Assembly: GCA_040954595.2 (NCBI GenBank)
Contig: CM082591.2
Coordinates: 11,115,309-11,179,308 of the forward strand
Length of the DNA: 64,000 nt
Direction: 5' to 3'
Origin: Balanoglossus misakiensis
Taxonomy: Eukaryota > Animalia > Hemichordata
In this document: positions 27,601 through 37,646 of the stretch, one piece after another
Position numbering within the stretch: position 1 is the stretch's first letter
Layout: the number at the start of each line of letters is the position of its first letter
Made by a program: the position numbers and the translations under genes
Notes under the pieces: generated by a model
Database searches by the model: none
Seen by the model: the letters and a program-made list of their open reading frames with translations, nothing else
What the model was told of the DNA's origin: nothing

Positions 27601-29215
27601 TATCTTTGGGGTCTCCCTCTCTATCTTTAAGACTATCGACAAGATTCACATCATTCTTGTTCCAATTAGGATTGGGATTCCCAGGCTCTCTAGCTCCATC
27701 AATGTTACCTATGATTACATCATACACTGGTGTTTGCATACACAATGCATCAACTTCACCATGAAAATAGGGTGTGTTAATCTTCACTCTAGCCACTGGG
27801 GCTCGCCTACAGGTTCCATCTATCATAACGCATGTACGAACTTCCCCGGTTAGCTGAGACGACTCCACTAGATTACGTCTAACCACAACCCCACTACACC
27901 CACTATCTCTCAAAACTTGAATTTTCTTATCGTTAATGACCCCTTCAACTACTGGCATACCGTGATTGAAATTACAAGGGCGTGAAATGCTAGCAACGCT
28001 AATGATCGGCAGCTCATGTCCGCATTCTAACATTACCCTGTCCTTTACTTCTGTCAAACATGGATGCCTGTCACTTTTTGACTCTTTTGAAACTACGCAA
28101 GTCGCTGACACCTGCTTGGCTGAATTTTCTGATTGTTTGGACCCAGTTTCTTTATTCTGTGCAATTTGTAGTGCGGCTGACTTTATCGTTGGGCGATTAG
28201 ATACAGGATTTCTACATTGGGCTATCACATGTCCCACTTGACCACACCTAAAACATTTCCTTGGCAAACTTCGTTTATCCCTAGATTCTTGAAAAGTTAC
28301 CTTTGAGCTTGGAGAGTTACTATGAAAAGGGGGTGCCTGACTACGTTTCCCCAAAGTGGCTTGTCTAGCTTCCCTGTGCCTATCTGCTAGAGTAGTCATT
28401 TCTTGAATATTAGACGGTGCTCGTTCGTGTAAGAAGAGTGCTAGATCAGATGCACAGGTATTTAAAAATTGCTCTCTCAAAATAAGGTCTTGGAGCCCCT
28501 CAAATGATTTTGTAATTTTTGCCAAATCAACCCACCTTTTGAAATAGTTCTCAATTCTGGCCACAAACTGAGATGCTGTTTCATTTGCTTGTTGCTTTGA
28601 TGTCCTAAATTTTCGTTTAAACCCCTCCTCATTTAAATCGTAACGTTTCAACAGAGCTTCTTTCACTTTCTCATACTGACTCGCATCCTCACTTGACAAA
28701 CTCGCATAAACAGACAATGCCTTCCCAGTCAGTAAGGCGCTCAGACACATAGCCCAAATGTTCTCATCCCAACCTTGACTTTTGGCAAACAATTCAAACC
28801 GTATCAGATATGCATCCAGATCATCCTTCCCATCATTAAATTCAGGTAATTTTGGCATCCTGGCTGTAGTGCGAGAGGGTGATTTTAGACTAAACTTCTG
28901 TTCTACAGGTTCGCTTTTTAACCATTTCAATTTTTCAAGTTCAATTTGTCTGTCACTGGCTAATTTTTCTTGTTCAAATTGCCTGTCTTTCTCTCTCTGT
29001 CTTTCCGCTGACATTAACTTTTCCTGTTCAAACTCTAGTTTACGCAAAGTTACTTCAGTTTCCAATTTATCAGCTTCTCGTTTTGCCTGTCTCTCTTCAC
29101 GTGATATATTTTGTTGTTCTCGTGCTATGGTTTGTTGTTCTTTTATGAAATCAGCAAGGTCTCCTCCTTCTAACCCTATCTCTTCACCAACTCTCTTAAT
29201 TTCAGCCAGATCCAT
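24668..29215 (-). CDS. Gag-Pol polyprotein, 1515 aa: SCAN-like capsid, CCHC knuckle, protease, integrase, RT, RNase H
   Basis: LILREQFL (SCAN-like); CFRCGQVGHVIAQC; LRDSGCS; HHCC plus VAVD..SDMG..VERFN plus GPY integrase; LDLTKGYWQ and MPFGL..IIDD RT; ADASD..IEKECLAI..ETDH RNase H. Confidence 0.97.
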   Translation of the reverse strand: MDLAEIKRVGEEIGLEGGDLADFIKEQQTIAREQQNISREERQAKREADKLETEVTLRKLEFEQEKLMSAERQREKDRQFEQEKLASDRQIELEKLKWLKSEPVEQKFSLKSPSRTTARMPKLPEFNDGKDDLDAYLIRFELFAKSQGWDENIWAMCLSALLTGKALSVYASLSSEDASQYEKVKEALLKRYDLNEEGFKRKFRTSKQQANETASQFVARIENYFKRWVDLAKITKSFEGLQDLILREQFLNTCASDLALFLHERAPSNIQEMTTLADRHREARQATLGKRSQAPPFHSNSPSSKVTFQESRDKRSLPRKCFRCGQVGHVIAQCRNPVSNRPTIKSAALQIAQNKETGSKQSENSAKQVSATCVVSKESKSDRHPCLTEVKDRVMLECGHELPIISVASISRPCNFNHGMPVVEGVINDKKIQVLRDSGCSGVVVRRNLVESSQLTGEVRTCVMIDGTCRRAPVARVKINTPYFHGEVDALCMQTPVYDVIIGNIDGAREPGNPNPNWNKNDVNLVDSLKDREGDPKDNFEVVQSVQTRSQKLREGRPGRPMIVPKCGKEVTVEVLREAQQTDDSLKQVRSLVKSGKERLSGLGNVSHFITRNGLIYREFQSPKIEQGRVFTQLVVPVQYRTEVMKLGHDSVLAGHLGAKKTTDKVLTQFYWPSIHDDISRYCRSCDVCQRTSPKGKVGKVPLGRMPLLDTPFKRVAVDIIGPIDPVTDKGNRYILTVVDYATRYPEAVPLKRITTEAVAEALVGIYSRVGVPEQILSDMGKQFVSDLMKEVNRLLSIKQLTTTPYHPACNGLVERFNGTLKSMLRKMSTERPKDWDRYVDPLLFAYREAPQESLGFSPFELLYGRTVRGPMAILRQLWTGEDTHTDIKSTYEYVLDLKDRLEETCKLARKELEKSQSRYKLHFDKKTSDRTFKVGDKVLLLLPTEHDKLKMQWQGPYTVKERVGLMDYRLEVKKRLKLYHANLLKKYEERGEVKDEHEPISGGVMECVCIGVIESEEVDEDECNENSDKCQENNLIETTSSLGKESIEDVHVNKHLSAEQNQDVRRTLRRFSHILTDMPGKSKVGEHDIKLISNDPIRSKPYPLPFALQDTVCQEVDSMLKMGVVEPSDSPYASPIVLITKKDGTVRFCIDFRKLNKVTTFDAEPMPNSDELFTRLTQSKYFTKLDLTKGYWQIPMAEGAKDKTAFLTPKGLFQFRFMPFGLVNAPATFSRIMRIVLTGLQGGVENIIDDILIHNQSWADHIDTITEVLRRLDETGLTAKPSKCYIGYQNLEFVGHLVGHGLLQMQPQKVEALLHAEKPRTVKQVRSFLGMAGYYRKFIPNFASIAAPLSDLTRKGQPKVIHWGMSQEKAFTDLKRALSHYPVLRLPDFSKPFILRADASDTGLGAVVMQEHDSNKFPIIYASRKLLKRETAYSVIEKECLAIIWGICKFQQYLYGKEFVIETDHQPLIYLSRAKVSNSRLMRWALSLQSFRYRIVAIKGTDNVEADYLSRSTG

Positions 29216-29383
29216 TCTAAAAATATTATACCCTGAGTTTACGATTCACCAACACTACAAGATTGGCCAATTTGTTCCCCTTTTGTAGTTTTTGTTATAT
29301 ACCAGGAACCACGCTGGGTATCCAAGATATAGACAGTGGGAATAAACAAAAAAATCCGAAAGATATGAATTTCAATTAAAACT

Positions 29384-29401
29384 ATCCCACCGCTGCCACC
29401 A
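29384..29401 (-). other. Primer-binding site complementary to the tRNA-Leu 3' end
   Basis: Minus-strand TGGTGGCAGCGGTGGGAT, 4 nt from the 5' LTR; complement of the metazoan tRNA-Leu(AAG/TAG) end ATCCCACCGCTGCCACCA. Confidence 0.85.
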
Positions 29402-29405
29402 AATA

Positions 29406-30388
29406 TGTCACAAGGTATGATACAATGGATGATACTGGGGCAGTACCAGGTAGCTTTTCCTTCAGACCATGTGACTGGGTTCTTTTGTGCTGGGGACCCT
29501 TTACTACGGGAATCGTACAACTCAGAAACTTTATTACGTTTATGCATAGACCATTTATTCAACTTGCAAAATTGTATCGATGGATCCAATAAATTGTACA
29601 GGGACAGCCACTATAGACAAAATATCAGTGGACTGTATGCACAGTAAAGAAATATTACACAAAACACAAACACAAAGACATGAAACGGTACAAACATGAC
29701 AAATGACATTAACAGGTGGTTATCGAACGGTTGTCCTACCCTTGCTAAGAAAGATTGTTGAGTTCAGTGAGTTCAGTACTGACAATGTTCCGGGAAATGG
29801 GTCGCAGAATATAGCAGTCTTTCCAGTTTCATTGAGGCGATGGTCGATCCGTGGGCGCACAAGATGTCTCGTATCACACTTGGTGGAAAACTCCGTCACC
29901 GTTGTAGTTTCGCCATACAGGCCTGGCAGTCAGATTCTGGTAGGATTACACACACAGTGCCTCAGTGCTACCGCTGGCTGTCATGTCCGTCTCTCCCTCA
30001 AGAATGGGCCCGCAGCCTTTTATACCACCTTCCAGGTGCATTGCTGTACATATTTTCTACAATAATTTATTCAGAATGATTGTCCACTGTTCTCCATTGT
30101 CTATTGTTTTAGTTCCTCCCCGACTTATCACCTCCGAATTATTCATGCAGACCAAGTCAGTGTAGAGATTATGTAATCCAGGGCTGGTGAATTGTCCATG
30201 TGCAGTTATTCACACTGGTGGTGTGTCATAGCAGAGTTCATTTTGTCAAAGCCGTTTGATGTGTAACTGACTGTCTAACCACCTCAGACAAGTAGACTTG
30301 CAGCATTTCCTAACTAACCTTTAACCACCACACAAAAACAACACTGGACACACAAAACAACACACAACACTATAGACACTTTGTGACA
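29406..30388 (-). repeat. 5' LTR (983 bp)
   Basis: Direct repeat of 23555-24537, adjacent to the PBS. Confidence 0.97.
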
Positions 30389-31078
30389 TGTACCTAGGTG
30401 CGTTTTTAAGATGGAATTAGAAATAGTCGGAATAATGTTTAATTTCTTGTGTGAACTCTTCACCCGGGGCTGATGCGACTCTGTGAAAATATGTGCAAGT
30501 CAGTGTTGATTCAGTCCGGGTCGTCGACAAGTTCGGTGAAAGATGAATTTTATTAAGAAACTGGGAAGAGACGCTTCTTTTCTGGTCATATTTTTGTTTG
30601 AAACCATTTACAAAATCCATACCACAGGAATAAAATTAATTGGTTGTTTTTTTGTGAGTTTCATTTCACACTCAGAGACCCTATGATAATTTTGGCGTCG
30701 GGTTCTGTCTTTCGGTCAAACTTGTGTTAAACAGACAAATTTCTGTTGATGTGTGGTGTGATGTGGTTTAATTATTAAGGCATGCCGAAACAAAACTTTC
30801 AAGATGGGATCAATGATTTTCTTCCTTTTCTTTCTATTTTTTTCAGAGAGCATATGGTCACCAGGATAACTTGCTTCGGAAAACCAAAACAAGAGACATC
30901 AATAATTTTATCCAATTTTCATTTTATAGTATTGTGATTCTTGTGAGGTTTGTCTTATTGTAACAGTATTGCTTGTATTTATATTGCATGTGTTATTAAT
31001 GTGATATTGGATAATAAAAATAACTCCAAAATTCAAATACATTCATTGCCTGTAGTGTATTATTTGAACATGATTACC

Positions 31079-31271
31079 TTTATTTTATTTTCATCCAAAT
31101 CAAGTCACAACAAACTCTCCTTGTAACTGTTATACTCATGTGTATCACTAAAACTTCATTTAATTTTTGTCGGAATTAAATGAAGTTGTAGTGATACACA
31201 TGAGTATCTCTTTATTATAAAAGTTACAAGGAGAGTTTGTTGTGACTTGATTTGGATGAAAATAAAATAAA
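31079..31271. repeat. ~190-bp imperfect palindrome inside the CAC/TA element
   Basis: CATCCAAATCAAGTCACAACAAACTCTCCTTGTAACT...ATACTCATGTGTATCACTA is mirrored by TAGTGATACACATGAGTAT...AGTTACAAGGAGAGTTTGTTGTGACTTGATTTGGATG. Confidence 0.9.
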
Positions 31272-31650
31272 CATCTTCGACAAAGCTTCAAAAATTAAGC
31301 TTGTTTAAAGGTTTGTTTAGTAAAGCATTGTTGAAGGTTTTTTTCACCAAGCTTTGAAGACGCTTTGCAACCACAACCTTGGCCAAAGATTGGAATTATA
31401 AGGTTTCACAAAGGTCAGTACAGCTTTGGTTCAACTAAGGCTAGTAATAAGAAGCTTCAGCGAAGGTTGGCACACGACCCCATCAGCAAAGGTCGGCACG
31501 CAAACTCTTGTAGCAAGCTTCAGCACAAAGCTTATTGCAACATTGTTCCAAGCTTTGTCCAAGGTACTGCAGAATCGCGTGTGTAGGTCTTCTTGTCGAG
31601 AATATAAACCCCGGCTCCAGCCAATCAGCGAGCTAGATTCACACCAAGCA

Positions 31651-32583
31651 TATTATAATATAAGAATCACGGTAGTCCGGTTTTCCTGTGTGTTCTTAAA
31701 TGCTACAAAGGCGTTTGACAGAGTTAACCATTGGACCCTGTTTCGTAAATTACTTGACAGACATGTACCATTATATATACTTCGCATGTTAATTTATTGG
31801 TACCGAAATCAAGCATTTCGAGTCAGATGGGGCTCAGTAATCTCTGATAGCTTTTCTGTCTACAATGGTGTTAAACAAGGTGGAATACTATCCCCTCGTC
31901 TATTTAATATTTACATGGATGATCTGAGCAACTTGCTTTGTGAAACAAAAATTGGTTGCCATTTTGCAGGGAGATGTGTAACCCATTTGCTGTACGCAGA
32001 TGATGTAGTGTTAATTTGTCCTTCTGTTAAAAGTTTGAATAGGGTTTTAAGAACGTGTAGTGAGTATGCACTTTCTCATGATATCGTTTTCAATGAAGTT
32101 AAGTCAAAGTGTCTTTTTGTTTTACCTAAACATTGTCGTCTTACCCGCATTCCTCATGTGTATCTTAATAATTCAGTGCTAACATTTGTTACGAAACATT
32201 CGTACCTTGGAGTTGTGCTAAATAAGGTAGGTAATGACGTTGATGATATAAAACGTCAAATGAGGAGTTTCTATGCAACGGCCAACTCTTTGCTTCGTAA
32301 CTTCTACAATTGTACCACTTCTGTCAAGATATGTCTTTTTAATTCATATTGCTCTGGGATGTACTGCTCTCATCTATGGAGCTCATATACTCAGAAATGT
32401 ATTAATGATGTACGAGTTTCATATAATAACGCCTTCAGAATCATGCTGGGTATCAAACATCGATTGAGTATTTCTGAGACTTTTGTTGGCAATTTCATTA
32501 TGACTTTCCACTGTAAGCAACGGACTGCTCGTTCCAGATTTTATCTCAGATTGAAAGAAAGTAGAAATAACTTGATTAATTAA
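31651..32583 (+). pseudogene. LINE ORF2 3' part: reverse transcriptase and C-terminal region
   Basis: ATKAFDRVNH, NGVKQGGILSPRLF, LLYADD, YLGV and YCSHLW...VSYNNAFR motifs. The first ~75 aa of track ORF 31426 are not LINE sequence. Confidence 0.93.
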
Positions 32584-32747
32584 TTCAACTTTATCCTTGG
32601 ATGTAATTCGACACAGCATCTTTTGGCGCAAAACATTTGCTGACTGTTTTTAGACTTTTCATATTCTTTTCCGTGACACTGTTAATCATTTGTGACTTGT
32701 TGTATTTGTTTTGATGAGCATGCCCTCGAAATAAAGATAAATAAATA

Positions 32748-33981
32748 TTATCTATGTGTTCTGCGCATCACAACAGTATTCGGTAAATAAACGAGGCTGT
32801 GTTTGGAAGCAACCATGGAAATTTTAGAACTATCCGTCGATCTACGGTGGAAAAGTTTCTTATGAGCATTGGCCTATCATGTGTTCTGCGCATCACAACA
32901 GAATTTTGCAAACAAACGAGGCTGTGTTTGGAAGCAACCATGGAAATTTTAGAACAATCCGTCGATCTACAGAGTCTAGTGGAAAACTTTCTTATGCGCA
33001 TAGGCCTATCATGTGTTCTGCGCATCACAACAGAACGAGGCTGTGTTTGGAAGCAACCATGGAAACTTTAGAACAATCCGTCGATCTACAGAGTCTAGTG
33101 GAAAACTTTCTTATGCGCATAGGCCTATCATGTGTTCTGCGCATCACAACAGCATTTTGTAAACAAACGAGGCTGTGTTTGGAAGCAACCATGGAAACTT
33201 TAGAACAATCCGTCGATCTACAGAGTCTAGTGGAAAACTCTCTTATGCGCATAGGCCTATCATGTCTTCTGCGCATCACAACAGAATTCCGTAAACAAAC
33301 GAGGCTGTTTTGGAAGCAACTACGAAATTTTAGAACTATCCGTCGATCTACAGAGTCTTGTGGAAAACTTTCTTATGCGCATAGGCCTATCTATGTGTTC
33401 TGCGCATCACAACAGAATTCGGTAAACAAACGAGGCTGTGTTTGGAAGCAACCACGAAATTTTAGAACTGCCCGTCGATCCACAGAGTCTAGCCGAAAAC
33501 TTTGTCGCATTGTGTTTTTTTACCCCGCCGGTGTGTGTATTGCAGTGCACTGCAGGAGAACGGCGAGAGCGGTGGTTCTTGCGTTGCGGTTTTATAGCTG
33601 TACTTTGGGTATTTGAACTGCCAACGCCTGTCGGAAAGACTGATAGAGTTCGGAAGTTTGTGAAAGTTCTAGTATTTGTGAGTATTCAATTTAGATACTG
33701 TTTGAAAGTCTGTTTACCTGTCTTACGAACGAAAGTGTATAGAAAGTGCGTGAATACAGATGTCATTATAAGTCAACGGTAGACTTCCTATAGCCAGCAA
33801 CGATATCTCATAATTTTGCACTTTGAAGATATTCAGTTTATTTTTGCTCGGGACTAATATGTAAGTAATAAAGTTTGTTTTGTGAAGTAACTTCTGAGTG
33901 GTGTTAATGTGTTCAGTCTTTCCACGTCAGCAAATTTTCCTCACACCGTGACACTAGGCCTGTGTGTTCTGCGCATCACAA
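32748..33981. repeat. 132-bp satellite, distal and more diverged end of the same array
   Basis: Same monomer and orientation, with local variants (GAACAATCC, GCAACTACGAAA); last fragment at ~33955-33981. Confidence 0.95.
33503..33953 (+). mobile_element. Probable solo LTR (451 bp) inserted in the last satellite monomer
   Basis: TGTCGCA...CCGTGACA inverted ends, AATAAA near 33867, satellite on both sides. No TSD found. Confidence 0.62.
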
Positions 33982-34412
33982 GATTGATACCCTTGAAACT
34001 CTATCTCTGTGTTGAAAGCGCGGCTTAAATTATGGTGGGTAACTTTGAAGTCAGTGGAGAGAAGTAATGGTGCATTGACCACTGCTATAATACAACTAAT
34101 GAAGAAAATCAATGTACAATTTATCTACCTACAATTTATCTGCTGAGTTTGATCTTTCCCGCCTTAGTTGTCTGGGCTATTGGCGCGGGAACTCGAATTG
34201 TTCATAATGTATACCAGCTCATAAAGTACCAAAAATTCGCCATCGACAATACTTTTCCAAGCTTGCTGGTGACACAAGTAAAGCATGTCTATCCGTACAA
34301 ATGTTCAGACTCTGGAATCTATTTGTTTCAGTATGGCCAACATAGTCTTGAAATGATTGGCAGTCAGTAGCAGTCACTTTGCTAAACACCAACGCTGTCA
34401 TAATATTTAGAT

Positions 34413-34548
34413 AATAATGTACGCCACGGAGACCCATAATGGACGAAAGCACACATTGTGCAACATAATGTGCGAGGCGACTGCCGAGCACATTATGAAG
34501 TACAATGTGTGCTTGAGTTCATTACGGGTCTTTGGGGCGTACATTATT
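34413..34548 (+). repeat. Imperfect hairpin with CGAG-GC-GACT-GC-CGAG apex
   Basis: AATAATGTACGCC...CATAATGTG mirrored by CACATTATG...GGCGTACATTATT. Confidence 0.8.
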
Positions 34549-35002
34549 CTTATTACTTTATAGTTTTGTCAATGCCAGTGAATTTGCAGACTTCAAAAAT
34601 ATTTAAAATACTATAGGTGCGAAAATTTCAGACTCGGACACAGAGATCGAGAACGTAGCAATGGTGTACGCGTAAACAAAAGGTCAGCTGATCTCGATGT
34701 ATAGGTGTACTGTACATTTCTAGTATCATATTCAAACATCAGGAAATAAATAATGAAGGTTTGTTAACGCAAGTGAAAATATATTTAAGGGTTCTGCTGA
34801 AATATATCTGAAAAAGTTTCGATTTTTGTGACATCGTGGTGAGGACTCAGGGAATATTTGCGTTTGTATAGTAGAACAGGGTCAGTCCAACTACAGTATG
34901 TGTTCCCAATGGTGAAACTCGGCTGCTTGAGTAGTATGGATGAGTTCGATGAGGAGACAAGCGCCGGGTTTCATAAAAAGTTTTATTGTTAAAAACTTGT
35001 TC

Positions 35003-35046
35003 TACCAACGTTTCGATCCTTCACTGAGGATCTTCTTCAGGGATCT
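35003..35046 (-). ncRNA. Minimal hammerhead ribozyme motif in the inverted pLTR copy
   Basis: Reverse complement of the motif at 36335-36378. Confidence 0.7.
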
Positions 35047-35600
35047 AAAAAATAGCAAAATGTAAGTGGATATTAAAGATATGACGTGGATGGCAGGATG
35101 ATGGAAGTAGATACGTGTGCTTGTCAGTAGGTTTGCTGTAGATGGTCGTATGAATTCATAGCGATCCCCAAGGGACAGGCCATACGATATTGACGCATCT
35201 GCTCTACAAAAGATCTCTACAATGAAGAAACCAAGAAACTTCAGGACCACTTCATCCAACGCAATTACAAAAAATCAGCGATCTCTAATGCCATCAATCA
35301 AGTAAGAAGCATCCCACGGGACCGACTCATCAACTACCAGGACAAAAATACCAACTCATCCGAACGTATACCATTCGTCATCACACATCACCCGGCCCTT
35401 CCCAGCATATCGACAATAATTAGAAAGCACTGGCACATACTTGCATCTAATCAGTCTACAAGGGAGACATTCACCGCGCCCCCTTTTGTTGCTTATAGAC
35501 AATCACCCAACCTAAGGAAGATGATCGTCCGAGCCGGCCTTAAGACTAGAACCAAAGAGGACTCTGTAAACCCTGTAACAACTGTAGAACATGCAAATTC

Positions 35601-35978
35601 ATGATCCAGACCAATGAACACAAATTAATCAACAAGGTTAATAACAAATCGCATCCTATCATCGGCCAATTGACATGTAACACTCGCAATATCATTTATG
35701 CCATCGTCTGTACCAAGTGCGACAAATTGTACATCGGTGAAACAAAACGGGAACTCCGTATCAGAATCAACGAACACCTTTACAGTATCCGTACACACAA
35801 AGATACTCTAGTCGCTCATCACTTCCATGAACCTGATCACAACATTGACCATTTCCAATTCACTGGTCAGTGCAAGGTATATTCGAGACATGATAAAATA
35901 AGAAAGCAACTGGAACTCAAAATTATTAATGCACTCGGTACCCTTTCACCCACTGGTATCAACAAAAAGGACCGGTAG
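35601..35978 (+). pseudogene. GIY-YIG endonuclease domain of the Penelope-like element
   Basis: NIIYAIVCTKCDKLYIGETKRELRIRINEH...VAHHF...RKQLELKII..LGTLSPTGIN. Confidence 0.92.
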
Positions 35979-36334
35979 AACTTTTTTCTTTCATTCACAT
36001 TTTTCCCACCACCTGTAGTCTTTGTTTACTGCTAGGCAGTCCGTTTGGTTTTTCCTCCCATACTAGGGAGTCCTCTTTGTCTTTATTCAGACCACATTTA
36101 GACCATCACTGCTGAGTAAGTTTCTTTTGTCTTGTCTCTTTACATTTATTTTTATCACTCCGTTTTACAAGTTGTTGTTCTATTTCACTCTAGTCTCATT
36201 TTTTGTCCGCATGTCCCACTGCGGTTCCGACTGTTTTTACTTTGTCTCCGTCTCCGACTTTATTTATACAATACTCAATGAGATTTTGACCGTACAGCTC
36301 ATTTTTATTTTCCACTTACATTTTGCTATTTTTT

Positions 36335-36378
36335 AGATCCCTGAAGAAGATCCTCAGTGAAGGATCGAAACGTTGGTA
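36335..36378 (+). ncRNA. Minimal hammerhead ribozyme motif in the Penelope pLTR
   Basis: CC-CTGAAGA-A-GATCCT-CAGTGA-AGGATC-GAAA-CGTT-GG: CUGANGA and GAAA cores, 6-bp stem II and palindromic AACGTT. Confidence 0.75.
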
Positions 36379-37646
36379 GAACAAGTTTTTAACAATAAAA
36401 CTTTTTATGAAACCCGACGCTTGTCTCCTCATCGAATATTTGCATTGGTTTGCGTTCTCAGGAAAGATCACGTATACGGGTGCTCGGAAGGTTGCAATAC
36501 ATAAACAAACTCGCCCTCGATCGACCCTCTATACCGCGTAGACAACATGAAAATGACACTTGCGGCATAACTTTTTACATATAGTTTCGTTGACACGACT
36601 GCTTGGTACATGGTACACGGTATGTATGGTGATCGAATGTCAAATCCAGCATCATCGAGAGGTTTGCTTTACGTGCGTGAGCGAGCCATGTTGAAAACTG
36701 CGCGTGATTCAAGAGCAGACGTCATGTACTGCCGCAGTAGGAAGAAAAAAATAAACAAATCGCCAGTCGAGATCAGGTTTGGAAATTAATAAATATCGCC
36801 GTATTTATTATGTATACGTTTGCATTGCTTTTTTAGCCCTTAAAATGTTTGCATTATTTGAAAACCTCCGTTATTCAGTCAGAAATTATACACGTCCACT
36901 GGTTCTTGAGTGCGTCGCGCGTCCACGTAATAAAACGTGTAGCCGAACCTGTCTATTATCAGCAATGTACAGCTATGACGTCACACAATTCACTGGTATT
37001 GATAAAGCTAATATGTAACAGGTTTGACCTTAGTGCGAGCGCAGCAAGCTATCGTGCATATATTCACATTGTTGTCAACACTCCACTTTCCACATGCATG
37101 CCTCGTCAACTTTCTCTTGGTCAACTGAAGGCTTTGCAATACTTTGCCAAAGACGTTCCATTCTCTGATAGCTTCAGATTATCTATTTATCGAATTCTCA
37201 CAAGGTCCTTGGGGTAGTCTTGTTGGGGTTAAACGTTTAGGCTCAAAAAGAATAAATGTTGGTGGTGGTAGTCTTACAGGCGTAAAGTAATTTCGAAGTC
37301 TCGCGTGATTTTGCGTGATTAAGGTTTCGCGTGATTCAATATGGCGCCGACCGTCGGGCTCTCGAAATCGGTCCAGAAAATGCCCAGAAACGCCACTAAA
37401 TTTCATTTTCCAACTTAATTTTCCACCGTCTTTGTTGGTCTTGTGGTCGGTGTACATTTCTGAGTAGGATTTGCGATGAATAACGACATTGGTTTTACGT
37501 TTTAAGGAAGAGATCAAAATTAATGGATGCCCCCATAGATACAGGACGCACTTTTCGAACTCGTAGGTATATAGAGATATACGTTCTATTTCCCATAATC
37601 CCTCATTCTCGTACATGCGCTATCTAATAGAATTGACAAAACGACA

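Larger units (their letters stand above)
23555..30388 (-). mobile_element. Full-length Gmr1-like Ty3/Gypsy LTR retrotransposon, 5-bp TSD TGTAC
   Basis: Two 983-bp TG...CA LTRs; TGTAC at 23550-23554 and 30389-30393; PBS, PPT and a single intact gag-pol ORF. Confidence 0.97.
22685..31583. mobile_element. Non-autonomous DNA transposon (~2.06 kb without the Gypsy insert), CAC...GTG ends flanked by TA, with AAAGCTT/AAGGTTT-rich subterminal repeats (EnSpm/CMC-like or Tc1/mariner-like)
   Basis: Left CACACGCGATTGTGCCATACCTTGGGCAAAGCTTGG versus rc of right CACACGCGATTCTGCAGTACCTTGGACAAAGCTTGG; TA at 22683-22684 and 31584-31585. Confidence 0.8.
11337..32747 (+). mobile_element. Decayed APE-RT non-LTR retrotransposon (LINE; clade uncertain, CR1/L2/RTEX-type), expanded to 21.4 kb by nested insertions
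   Basis: Satellite stops at ...AAAACTTTCTTCTGCG and resumes almost in register at 32748. Between lie a 5'UTR, split ORF1, an APE domain from 21344, RT at 31651-32583 and a 3' ATAAAGATAAATAAATA tail. No TSD; about 7 bp of satellite is missing. Confidence 0.88.
34862..36436 (+). mobile_element. 5'-truncated Penelope-like retroelement with inverted pseudo-LTR
   Basis: Inverted repeat 34945-35070 / 36311-36436; RT C-terminal remnants (IPKGQAIR, RIPFVITHHP, PFVAYRQSPNLR); GIY-YIG endonuclease; candidate TSD GAATATTTGC at 34852-34861 and 36434-36443. Confidence 0.9.

Noticed and set aside
11337-32747. TSD for the LINE
   Set aside because: The flanks show a small loss of satellite sequence, not a duplication.
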